This document shows positions 1 through 9,059 of a DNA stretch of 64,000 nt, piece by piece. The notes below the pieces were generated by a model, which made no database searches, was not told where the DNA came from, and saw only the letters and a list, made by a program, of their open reading frames with translations. Source of the stretch: Nitrospirota bacterium. GTDB taxonomy: Bacteria; Nitrospirota; UBA9217. Position 1 is the stretch's first letter, and each line of letters opens with the position of its first letter. The translations under genes were made by a program, and so were the position numbers. The stretch covers positions 96,001 through 160,000 of the forward strand of contig CAVUCU010000003.1 in assembly GCA_963740085.1 (NCBI GenBank), read 5' to 3'.

Positions 1-142
1 ACCATGTTCAGCCTGCAAAAAAAAGTCATGGGGCGTTCCCGGTCATTTACCGGCATAAAAAATCTTGCTTCTTTTTATCAGTTGCTATAAACTAAGCGGC
101 GTTGGGTCTGAACTATTCTCTATGTCGGGGAGGAATATTCTT

Positions 143-589
143 ATGCCGGAAGTGGTGCTGGTCTCGAACGTTGAGAAAATGGACAAACTCAGGGTCTATT
201 TGGAGGAGTCGTTCAAGAAGTCCCGGTATTCCGAGATAACGCAGGCCATCGGCATGCACTCCCTTCTCATCGATCCTCAGCATACCATGAAAGACCAGGC
301 GCGTCTTTATCACAGTATCCTGAACATGATAAAGGAGAGGATCAGCAGCAGCAAAGGCAAAAGCTACGGGGCCTGGTATACTGCATTTCCATCGCTCATG
401 GATAAGCTGGTGGCATCAAAACGGGTAGTGACCGACAGTGCATCCCTTGACGTCATAACAGACCATTGCAACGCCTATGGACCATTCAAGTCTGTTGACG
501 ACTTTTTCTTCTGGGCCCTCGATGATCGCCGGCTGACCCTGGACCAGATCGTTAAGTATCTTGAGACGACCGCTGAGATGCAGCGGTAA
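143..589 (+). CDS. hypothetical protein (~148 aa)
   Basis: Open frame 65-589. ATG at 143 follows GGGGAGGA (127-134). No recognisable motif. Confidence 0.65.
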   Translation: MPEVVLVSNVEKMDKLRVYLEESFKKSRYSEITQAIGMHSLLIDPQHTMKDQARLYHSILNMIKERISSSKGKSYGAWYTAFPSLMDKLVASKRVVTDSASLDVITDHCNAYGPFKSVDDFFFWALDDRRLTLDQIVKYLETTAEMQR

Positions 590-596
590 ATCGATT

Positions 597-1027
597 TGAA
601 TTCAAAATGCAAAATGAAAAATGCAAAATGACAAACGAAACCTTTCGGAACGGCTGTTGAATTTTGGGGCGAGCATTATTCAGCTGGCTGTCAAACTCAG
701 CAAAACAGCAGTTGGGAGGCATATTGGATTCCAATTAATGAGGTCAGCGACTTCTTCCGGCGCCAATTACGAAGAGGCATGCGGTGCTGAAAGCAGGGCA
801 GATTTCATACACAAGATGCAGCTTGTTTTGAAGGAACTACGGGAATCATACTTCTGGTTGAAACTCATAAAAAAAGCTGATTTAATCCCTCTTGACAATG
901 TGCAACCCTCCTTGACTGAAGCCGAAGAGCTCGTTAAAATTTTTTCAAAGTCCGTCGTTACTGCAAAGGGAAAAAAGAAATAGTTTAATTTTACCTTCTG
1001 AATTTTGAATTTTGCATTTTGCATTTA
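597..1027. repeat. inverted arms of ~7-bp tandem repeats flanking the four helix bundle gene
   Basis: Left arm TTCAAAATGCAAAATGAAAAATGCAAAATG (601-630). Right arm TGAATTTTGAATTTTGCATTTTGCATTT (999-1026) is its imperfect reverse complement. Confidence 0.85.
621..983 (+). CDS. four helix bundle protein (TIGR02436 / 23S rRNA IVS protein family)
   Basis: Motifs QLMRSATSSGANYEEA, SRADFIHK and KELRESYFWL are typical of the family. Confidence 0.9.
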   Translation: MQNDKRNLSERLLNFGASIIQLAVKLSKTAVGRHIGFQLMRSATSSGANYEEACGAESRADFIHKMQLVLKELRESYFWLKLIKKADLIPLDNVQPSLTEAEELVKIFSKSVVTAKGKKK

Positions 1028-2049
1028 ACCTTGATCTGTTCCACAACCGCATCAACCGTTATCTCCTTCATGCAGTGAACACCGATCTCACATTTCCTCC
1101 GAAAACACGGCGAACAGGCTATCCCCGTGCGTACAACGACATGCGATGGCCCGTAAGGTCCGGTCCGCCACGGTGCGGTAGGGCCGAACAAAGCCAGTAC
1201 CTTGCCCCCTGCCGCGGCCGCAAGATGCATAGGTCCGGTGTCGGTGGTGATGAAGAGGTCGGCAAGGGACGCGAGGGCAGCCAATTCCTTGAGCGTGGTC
1301 TCCCCTGCCCAATTCATCGCTGTTTCGCCCATCAGTGCAATGATCCGGTCATTGACAGCCCGGTCTTCGGGACTCCCCGTAAAAATAACCACGGCATTTT
1401 TCTCCTTCACCAACCGGTCGGCCAGTTCGGCGAATCTCCTCTCGGGCCAGAGCTTTGTTTTCCACCGCGCAACCGGATTCATTGCGACAAGCGGCCTGTC
1501 CTGCAGATTCATGCCTTCGATCTTTTTTCTGATTACCGAGACCTCGCGTTCGATGGGAAGTGAACACGCGGGAGAAGGGGCACTGGCTCCGAGATAGCGC
1601 GCCACATCGAGATACCGCAGAAGGGCGTGTTTCTCGATATCATAAGCAGGCAGGCGCTCGTTCAGGAAAAGATATGAAAGCTCGCGCGTCCTGTCAAAAC
1701 CTATCTTGCGGGTCGCGCGGGAAAGACCGATAAGGATGCCGCTCTTTAAAAGCCCCTGGAAGTCGATGGCGATGTCGTAGCGTACGCTCCGCAGTCCCCG
1801 GATGAACCGGAGGATATCACCGAGCCCCCTGATTGCCGTGAACGGGTTCCGGAGATCCCTCATCCAGGCCTTCCGTCGCGAGACCAGCAACCGATCGATG
1901 AGGGGATGGCCTTCAAGGATGCCTGCGGCGGCCTCTTCGACAACCCACGTGACCTGACTGTCAGGATAGAGTTTCTTGATCGCCTCAAGCGCGGGCAGCG
2001 TCTGCACCACGTCGCCGATGGCGGAAAGTTTGATGAACAGTATTTTCAT
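991..2049 (-). CDS. glycosyltransferase family 9, LPS heptosyltransferase (WaaC/WaaF-like)
   Basis: KILFIKLSAIGDVV, DFQGLLKS, DTGPMHLAAA and FGPT motifs. Start is 2049 or 2058. Confidence 0.9.
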   Translation of the reverse strand: MKILFIKLSAIGDVVQTLPALEAIKKLYPDSQVTWVVEEAAAGILEGHPLIDRLLVSRRKAWMRDLRNPFTAIRGLGDILRFIRGLRSVRYDIAIDFQGLLKSGILIGLSRATRKIGFDRTRELSYLFLNERLPAYDIEKHALLRYLDVARYLGASAPSPACSLPIEREVSVIRKKIEGMNLQDRPLVAMNPVARWKTKLWPERRFAELADRLVKEKNAVVIFTGSPEDRAVNDRIIALMGETAMNWAGETTLKELAALASLADLFITTDTGPMHLAAAAGGKVLALFGPTAPWRTGPYGPSHVVVRTGIACSPCFRRKCEIGVHCMKEITVDAVVEQIKVKCKMQNSKFRR

Positions 2050-2176
2050 AGACTCCATGTGCCGATAATCATAATCCCTACCATGGATACAGTCAACCAA
2101 GAAACGCCTGTGACTTGAAGATATGACCTGTCGCTGTAAATGAAACCCGCCATCGGCACAATACCTTTGGCTCCAT

Positions 2177-2216
2177 AAAAAAAGAAGCAATCCCCTTCCT
2201 TTCGAGGATTGCTTCT
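2177..2216 (-). terminator. intrinsic terminator after the FadL-like gene
   Basis: AGAAGCAATCC...GGATTGCTTCT stem followed by a T-run on the minus strand. Confidence 0.7.
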
Positions 2217-2253
2217 CTGTGTCTGGATCAGATGATGATAAATCAACTACATG

Positions 2254-3765
2254 TTAAAACCGATAGCTGTACATGACCTGTGCGTTGGTCTGGCTGTGGG
2301 TCACGGTCGCCCCTTCAGGCGCATTGTCCCCGGAGCTCTGCTTCACCTCCGGTGCGTAGGTGAACGAGGCATCCACGGTCGAAGCCATGCTGATCATATA
2401 GCCGGCACCAATGGTCACGTGGGTCTTTTCAATGGCCGGGAACAACGCGTTCAGATACGTATCAGGGATCGGGTTGTTGGCATAATTGATACCGCCGCGC
2501 ACGGTCCAATCAGGATCTATCTTATAGCCGACGCCGATCATGATCACGTTCTGGTCCTTCCACTTCTGATCCAGGGAGGCGTCAACAACAGTGTTGGCAA
2601 AACCCTGGGCAGGATTAGTAGGACCTCCCTGGTCTGCATCCGCAGTAAAGGTCATCTTGAACTCCTTCATCACTGCTTTCCAGTTTATCCACTTGTAGTC
2701 CGCCACGATCATCAAATCTTTGGAAACATTAAATGCCATACCAATGCCTGCCATCTGCGGCCAGTTAAAATCCTTCACCTCGATCTTGCCGGTAAGCGGA
2801 ATAGTCATATTCGCATAAGAGCCATTGGGCGTACCGGTCGTGGCAAAACCCATGTCCATATTCACGTTGAAGCTCACCTTGGCAGAGTTTGTCGTCATGT
2901 CGCCTAAAGCGGTTTTACTATGATACATGGCGCCTATCGTAAAATCATCACTGACTCTGTAAACACCGCCGAGCTTGCCGCCAAAACCGGTCGCTTTTGC
3001 CTTGCCGGTAAAAGAGCTGTCATCGGAAAAATCAAACCGGGCCCAGGGTACAGGGTTGGCAGGATTAAAGGCGCCCATCCCATACATGGTGGCAAAAGCA
3101 TTCACCATGCTGCCGGATGCATTACCATATTGATGCTGATTCGGTGTGGACGAGTCCAACCCGGCGAGATTAAAGAACTGCTGGCCGGTAAGCGCCATCT
3201 TCAGATCCAGCCCTGCCCATACAAAATCAAGGGTAGCGCCAACACTGAGATCCTTGGTTATTGAATATGCAAACGGCACGAGCAACCTGCCGACACTCAA
3301 CTCACTGCGGACCTTTTCTCCCGACCCATAGGCAAGAAACGAGTCGCCGGAAAATTCCGTTCCCATGCCGCCCTGGGCAAACATGCCGATACCGTAGCTC
3401 ATCGGACCGGATTTTTGCACCCAGCCTAATGCAGGCATATAGTATAAGTTGCCTGAGGATGTGGAGGTAGCACCCGGTGTCGACGAAAATGAATTGGTGT
3501 CGTCCGTAGCCTTGACATTCGGTCCCAGTAAACCGAGAGCCACATCCAGCCGGTTGCCCTCGGGCATGAGACCGAGCGTCGCAGGATTGTTCATCATCGC
3601 CGCAGCACCGTTATCGTAGGCCATGGATGCTCCGCCCATGCCGGTGGCGACTGGTCCATATCCCTCCATGTTCATGCCGTTCGTTGCATACACCGTCGTG
3701 GAAACCATTACAGAAGCGATACCGAAGAACAACAGGCACAGCACAACAGGTAAAATCTTTTTCAT
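2254..3765 (-). CDS. OmpP1/FadL family outer membrane transport protein
   Basis: Signal peptide, TNGMNMEGYGP..GMGGA..NNPA N-terminal hatch motif and C-terminal YRF. Alternative start at 3801. Confidence 0.85.
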   Translation of the reverse strand: MKKILPVVLCLLFFGIASVMVSTTVYATNGMNMEGYGPVATGMGGASMAYDNGAAAMMNNPATLGLMPEGNRLDVALGLLGPNVKATDDTNSFSSTPGATSTSSGNLYYMPALGWVQKSGPMSYGIGMFAQGGMGTEFSGDSFLAYGSGEKVRSELSVGRLLVPFAYSITKDLSVGATLDFVWAGLDLKMALTGQQFFNLAGLDSSTPNQHQYGNASGSMVNAFATMYGMGAFNPANPVPWARFDFSDDSSFTGKAKATGFGGKLGGVYRVSDDFTIGAMYHSKTALGDMTTNSAKVSFNVNMDMGFATTGTPNGSYANMTIPLTGKIEVKDFNWPQMAGIGMAFNVSKDLMIVADYKWINWKAVMKEFKMTFTADADQGGPTNPAQGFANTVVDASLDQKWKDQNVIMIGVGYKIDPDWTVRGGINYANNPIPDTYLNALFPAIEKTHVTIGAGYMISMASTVDASFTYAPEVKQSSGDNAPEGATVTHSQTNAQVMYSYRF

Positions 3766-3888
3766 CTCTTCCTCCTTTTTTATTTTTGTTTCTTTATTCA
3801 TCTCTTCCCCCTTGTCCTGCTGGTTGAGCGTTTCGATTGTGTTTTACACTAAAGGGCACCAGGGACATGAAGCGCCTCCTGAGAATTC

Positions 3889-4197
3889 CTATTTTTTCAT
3901 GACGGTGATGATCCGATGCACAAGCAGGAGCGTGATCAGTACATATATGGAGCCGAAGAGAAAAATGAATGCAACGATAAGATCTTTCTTCTCCTGAGAC
4001 AAGACAATAAAAAAAGGCATCGTAAGATAGCCGATAAAAAAGAAACTGACCAACGATGAAAGAACATTCCAGACTTTCCCAACATCGCCGTCAGGGATCG
4101 ATTTTTTATAGTTTTCCGCCATCACAACGGCGATCACCATCGTTATGATGGCAAGACCGCCAATGATGATAAAGAGATCGAACCCCAATATGGTCAT
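3889..4197 (-). CDS. small three-TM membrane protein, hypothetical
   Basis: Three hydrophobic segments and an upstream GAGGAG RBS. Confidence 0.7.
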   Translation of the reverse strand: MTILGFDLFIIIGGLAIITMVIAVVMAENYKKSIPDGDVGKVWNVLSSLVSFFFIGYLTMPFFIVLSQEKKDLIVAFIFLFGSIYVLITLLLVHRIITVMKK

Positions 4198-4553
4198 GCA
4201 GCAAACTCCTCAGCGCACATAGTTGCACATGATTGCAATTATTCCACGTTTATACCCTTCTGTCAAGACTGAACGCTGTTCAATCGGTCTTTTTTTTAAC
4301 TTGCTTTTTATTGCAGTTTTGCTACAATTTTCGCGACTACTCAGGACTATTACGTAACCACAGAGAATGCCGAGGAATGCGCTGGGGAGACAAGAATACC
4401 TTGAATTTATTTATCAACAAGATAACGATACTTAGCATTCACGTGACATAAAGACGAGGTCACGGAGGCAGTCCCTCAGGTAAATCAATGTCTTCGCTGT
4501 GTGCTCTGCAGTCAACTCTTTCAAACATGTAAAGAATACGGAGGAGGTTCCCC

Positions 4554-5102
4554 ATGCCAAAAAAAGCTGGGCGCAAAAGCACTGCTAAGAAATCCGCTTC
4601 ACGAAAACCCGTCAAGAAAACAGCAAAAAAGAAGGTCATCCGGAAAAAATCAACCGTAAAAAAAATCGTAAAAAGGAAACCATCCAAGGGAAAATCGGTT
4701 GTCAAAAAGAAAGCGCTTAGCAAAAAAATTGCAAAAAAGGCCGTAAAGAAGACCGCTGCCAAGACCAGTCAAACGGTCTCATCCGAACGGTTCGCAGTCG
4801 AACCCGGCCCTCCGCCCCCGGATATCCCGCCGGTCGAAGAACCGGCACAGCATGAAGTGGCCATCGGCACGGTGACCCATTTTTACAGCCATCTTGGCGT
4901 TGCCATAGTCCAGATCAACAACGGCACGCTCAAAACAGGCGACTCGATCCACGTTCAAGGGCATACCACGGATTTCACCCAGCCGGTGGAGTCCATGGAG
5001 TTTGAACATCAGCACATAGACCAGGCCGCGACCGGTCAAATCGTCGGGGTGCGGGTCAAGGACGAAGTACGGATACACGATATCGTGTACCTGATAAAAT
5101 AG
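4554..5102 (+). CDS. Lys/Ala-rich histone-like N-terminus fused to a translation-factor-type beta-barrel
   Basis: GGAGGAGG RBS. About 70 aa of K-rich sequence, then IGTVTHFYSHLGVA..L..GD.IH..G..TDFTQ.V.SME. Confidence 0.75.
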   Translation: MPKKAGRKSTAKKSASRKPVKKTAKKKVIRKKSTVKKIVKRKPSKGKSVVKKKALSKKIAKKAVKKTAAKTSQTVSSERFAVEPGPPPPDIPPVEEPAQHEVAIGTVTHFYSHLGVAIVQINNGTLKTGDSIHVQGHTTDFTQPVESMEFEHQHIDQAATGQIVGVRVKDEVRIHDIVYLIK

Positions 5103-5213
5103 CGCCGGGTGCCCAAAACGTATGATGCTGTCATGCCAGCGCGGGTCCTCATGCCTGCGCTGAATTTGTTTACACCCCATATTCCGTAGGAATGTAACAA
5201 TTATTATTTCATT

Positions 5214-5348
5214 GTATCTTCTCAGGTAAAAATCTGTTGGCCACGCAAGGATCGCAGAGAGAATGAGAAACTGAAATACATGGTTTTAGGCTTTTCTTTG
5301 CGTTCTTTGCGTTCTTTGCGTTCTTTTGCGGCCAACATGAGCAGTTAC
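5214..5348. mobile_element. MITE-like element, family A copy 1
   Basis: Ends GTATCTTCTCAGG / CATGAGCAGTTAC with internal (TTCTTTGCG)n repeats. Clearly similar to copies at 40363 and 42124. Confidence 0.7.
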
Positions 5349-5378
5349 ATTTGTCTATTTTAATTCAAGGAGCCCATC

Positions 5379-7055
5379 ATCCCGACCATTTACGGCAACA
5401 CGACCGGCCTCAAGCCTGCTGAAATAAAGATGCTCGAACGTCTCTACCGCAGAAAGATGCCGCCCGACACGGTCATCACCCCCGAAGCCGCTCGTGCGCT
5501 CTCTGAAGCCTCAGCCGGGATCGGCCGCCAGGTCGGCCTCATCATCGACCGTTCGGGAAGCATCCGGAACGTGCTCGTGGGAACGAACCATGACATCCTC
5601 ATCCCCGACCTGTCGGAGCACCGGCTCGGCGCACGGCGCCTGCGCGGGGTACGGTTCATCCACACACACCTGAAAAACATACCTCTGAACCAGGAAGACC
5701 TCACCGACCTGGCGCTCCTCAGGTTGGACATGATCGCGGCGCTCGCCGTCGGCCCCAATGGGAACCCCGGGACCATCTCGCTTGCCTATCTGGTCCCGCC
5801 GAATCCCTCGGGAAAGATCCATGAGGTCCTGCCGCCGCAATCCGTTCATGCCCTCGACGTGGATGCGGCGGAATTCATCGGCGACATCGAACGGGAAATG
5901 GAGCGTGCGCAATCGGCCCTTGTGGTCGCGAAAAAGGACCGCGCCATCCTCGTGAGCGTATCCAAGAAGAGCAGGCACGAACAGGAAGAATCCATCGAAG
6001 AGCTCAAAGAACTTGCGCGAACGGACGCGATCACCGTGCTCGACACCGTGGTCCAGCGTCTGCACGACATAAACCCGCGATACCTGCTCGGCGAAGGAAA
6101 GATCAAGGAGCTCATCATCCGTTCCCAGCAGCTCGGCGCCGACCTCATCGTTTTTAATCAGGACCTGACCCCCGCGCAGGTCAAGTCCATCGGAGACATC
6201 ACCGAGATGCGGGTCATCGACCGCACCCAGCTCATCCTCGACATCTTCGCGCGCAGGGCACACAGCGGCGACGGCAAGGTGCAGGTGGAGCTTGCCCAGC
6301 TCAAGTATCGACTGCCCAGACTGTCGGAACGCTCGACCGCCCTCTCGAGGCTCACCGGCGGCATCGGTGGACGCGGCCCGGGCGAGACGAGGCTCGAGGT
6401 CGATATGCGCCGCGCGCGGGACAAGATCCGAAGGCTGGAGAAGCAGCTCGATGCACTCGGAAAGGCGAGGGACCAGCGGCGGGAACGGCGCATCAAAAGC
6501 GAGATCCCCATCGTCTCGATCGCGGGCTACACGAACGCGGGCAAGTCCACGCTGTTCAATGCGCTGACGCGCTCGGAGGTAAAGGCCGAGGACCTGCTCT
6601 TCGCCACGCTCGATACGGCCACGCGCAGGCTCCGCTTCCCTCGCGACCGCGAGGTGGTCATCACTGACACCGTGGGGTTCATCAAGGACCTGCCGAAGGA
6701 CCTGCTGGGCGCCTTCCGCGCGACACTCGATGAGATGCAGGACGCGGACCTGATCCTGCATGTCGTGGACATCAGCAATCCTCGCTTCGAACAGCAGATG
6801 GAGTCGGTCAACAATCTCCTGGCGGAGATCGGCCTTGATGAGATCCCCCAGCTCATCGTGCTGAATAAGGTCGACCTCGTGAACGGCCTCTGGGCCAGGG
6901 CCATCGCAGCGCGTTTTAAAGGCGTGGTCTGTTCGGCGATCGAGCCGAAAACGCTGGGAGATCTGCTGAAGGAAATCGAGCAGCGGGTGTGGGCGGAGGA
7001 TGTGAGGCTGGAGGATAGTTCGGATTTTATAGTTCAGAGTGAGAAGAAGATGTGA
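5379..7055 (+). CDS. hflX: GTPase HflX, long N-terminal type; probable ATC start at 5379 (first ATG is 5430)
   Basis: GYTNAGKST, LFATLD, DTVGFI, NKVD and GGIGGRGPGE motifs. In-frame IPTIYGNTTGLK lies upstream of the first ATG, behind AAGGAG. Confidence 0.95.
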   Translation: MPTIYGNTTGLKPAEIKMLERLYRRKMPPDTVITPEAARALSEASAGIGRQVGLIIDRSGSIRNVLVGTNHDILIPDLSEHRLGARRLRGVRFIHTHLKNIPLNQEDLTDLALLRLDMIAALAVGPNGNPGTISLAYLVPPNPSGKIHEVLPPQSVHALDVDAAEFIGDIEREMERAQSALVVAKKDRAILVSVSKKSRHEQEESIEELKELARTDAITVLDTVVQRLHDINPRYLLGEGKIKELIIRSQQLGADLIVFNQDLTPAQVKSIGDITEMRVIDRTQLILDIFARRAHSGDGKVQVELAQLKYRLPRLSERSTALSRLTGGIGGRGPGETRLEVDMRRARDKIRRLEKQLDALGKARDQRRERRIKSEIPIVSIAGYTNAGKSTLFNALTRSEVKAEDLLFATLDTATRRLRFPRDREVVITDTVGFIKDLPKDLLGAFRATLDEMQDADLILHVVDISNPRFEQQMESVNNLLAEIGLDEIPQLIVLNKVDLVNGLWARAIAARFKGVVCSAIEPKTLGDLLKEIEQRVWAEDVRLEDSSDFIVQSEKKM

Positions 7056-7206
7056 TCAAGGGTATTTACGTTGGCACTTGTCGCAGATATACTTCGAACC
7101 AATAATATCCCTCTCTTTGCTCAAGACGACAATGACGTCTCTGAAAGCCTGTAATTTGGCGTCAGTGCGTCCTGCTGCTTCGGGGTATTTTGGTTCCACC
7201 AAGTCG

Positions 7207-7243
7207 AAAAAGGCCCTGGAGAAGAGTATTCCAGAGCCCCTTT
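7207..7243. terminator. probable bidirectional intrinsic terminator
   Basis: AAAAAGGCCCTGGA...TCCAGAGCCCCTTT between convergent genes. Confidence 0.6.
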
Positions 7244-7253
7244 CTTCCTCTAC

Positions 7254-7571
7254 CTACCCGCCTACATACCCAGGAGAAAATTCAATGTCCCCGGGTTTCT
7301 CTATCGCATTCACCTGGGCTGTCTCCTCGAAATCCACAGAGCCTTTCCAATCAACGTTGCAGGAATGCGACAATATCTGGAGCTTCCAGTCGATCTGGTC
7401 CGCAAGCTCGCCAAGATGCCGTCCGAACATCCCGCCTTCTATGTCTTTCCCCGGACTATTCGCGACAGACCGATCCTTCAGTTCAATGATCCTTGCCTTC
7501 ATTTCTGCCAGCTCGGTATAGACTTCATCGCAAAATCCTTTGCTTTCTTTCACATTCATAAGGCTTGCCAT
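7254..7571 (-). CDS. hypothetical protein (~105 aa)
   Basis: ATG 7571 preceded by AGGAGGTG; helical N-terminus and acidic C-terminus. Confidence 0.7.
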   Translation of the reverse strand: MASLMNVKESKGFCDEVYTELAEMKARIIELKDRSVANSPGKDIEGGMFGRHLGELADQIDWKLQILSHSCNVDWKGSVDFEETAQVNAIEKPGDIEFSPGYVGG

Positions 7572-7682
7572 AATACACCTCCTTGAAGATAGGCTTCTCT
7601 TACCCATCTTGATATAATTATAGCACATAAAAAGGAGTGCAATGGTGTTGTTTTCATGATCAAACCATATGACCATCGATGT

Positions 7683-8090
7683 CTATTTCTTTTCAATCGG
7701 GTATTTGTCCTTTTCCCATTCTAGCCACCCGCCTTTCAGCGCATAGACACTGGGATATCCCATCTCAATAAGTTTCAGCGCCACACGGGCGCTTGTCGCC
7801 TCATTGGCTCACGAACAGTACAGAATTATCGTTTTCTCCCTGGCATATTTTTTTGCCCAACGGGTGACGTTCTGCGGATCTTCACGAACCGCTCCGCTGA
7901 TCTTGGAGTCGCTCTTTTCCCAATCGCGCCCTGTTCGCACATCTATAACTACAATATTTTTATCGCCAAGTTTCGCCCTAAGCTCCTCGTTTGTCATCCT
8001 CGGGGCATCGGACGATGCTACTGCGACCGTAAAAAGTGCGTTAAAAAATATGAGAGCCATAAAAAGACTAAATATGCTTTTTTTGTTCAT
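7683..8090 (-). CDS. exported rhodanese-domain selenoprotein (C-S-U), 135 aa with UGA readthrough
   Basis: After YCS-TGA (7811-7809) the frame continues ANEATSARVALKLIEMGYPSVYALKGGWLEW...KK-TAG, completing the rhodanese fold. A hairpin follows the UGA. Confidence 0.85.
7777..7793 (-). promoter_or_regulatory. candidate bacterial SECIS hairpin
   Basis: AGCGCC-CGUGU-GGCGCU stem-loop starting 15 nt after the in-frame UGA. Confidence 0.65.
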
Positions 8091-8201
8091 GCATGCCTCC
8101 TCTTGGATGTGCTCACAATACTCATTCTGTGATGTCATGTTTTCTCGTGGTTTGTTTCCCCTGTTGTTATCCTAAGTTTGCGACCAGGTGAACAACACTA
8201 G

Positions 8202-8871
8202 CTACATAAGGAATGAGTAATCACTGGGATACGATGAGACACTTATCCCGTCTGTCCCTGGAACCTGTACCGAAGCCCCGCCATTCTTTCGGACAATTCT
8301 AAACAGTACCTGGTTCTTGGATTGGCTCATGACACTTCCATATTTCGAAAAGAATGTATCGGGGAGCCGAATTTCGGCTACATCTCCCGCATCACTCTGG
8401 CAGAGGAGGACCGCATGATCAAAACCAGCTATTGGCAACCCAAGAAACCAATGGTTAGGTTGACGCTCTGTAGCCACTGCAATCCCTACACGCCGGCCTG
8501 ATTTTGTCAGGTAAATAGTCTTCCCTTTCATTAATTGAAGAGAAACGCCTTCATTCGTCAATCTTTGAAGAAAAGCCTCTCGTATTTCTTCTCCATGTCT
8601 TCTTGCGGCGGCAGCCATTGATTTTAATTTAAGTTCCTTCTCAGATGTTTCTTGTTTAGCGGCGGGTGCTGCCACATTTGAATTAGTTTTATCCTCTCTT
8701 AACGCCTCCAGTTCTTGAACAATTTGACCATGGCGGCTGATGAGAAGCTCAATTTTATGCAGCTTTTCATTTGCAGACAAAACCAGATCGGAGTTTCCTT
8801 CCCTGGCTGACTGCGAAATATTTGATAGTATAATTGCTTTTCTCTTTTTCTAAATCGGCTATTGAATCCAT
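8202..8871 (-). CDS. hypothetical protein, lower GC, with an apparent frameshift near its start
   Basis: ORF 8202-8780. AGGAGG plus ATG at 8871 is out of frame by one base at an A-run near 8845-8850. Confidence 0.55.
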
Positions 8872-8953
8872 ACGTATACCTCCTGCTAAGGATTAACGTC
8901 CGCAGCAGACTTGTCCCTCCTTTTTTAGTGACACTGTGCCCGAAGTATGATTG

Positions 8954-8984
8954 AAAAAGGGGACCCGGATAGTACGGGTCCCCT
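8954..8984 (-). terminator. intrinsic terminator of the cytochrome gene
   Basis: AGGGGACCCG-N7-CGGGTCCCCT followed by TTTT on the minus strand. Confidence 0.75.
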
Positions 8985-9059
8985 CGATTTTTGCAAACTT
9001 TTAATTTTTCGGATCGACTGGCGGATCAAACGCCGGTCAGTACAAACCGATAAATACCG

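Noticed and set aside
621-983. Diversity-generating retroelement suggested by the Avd-like protein
   Set aside because: No reverse transcriptase and no TR/VR pair with adenine-specific mismatches seen in the window.
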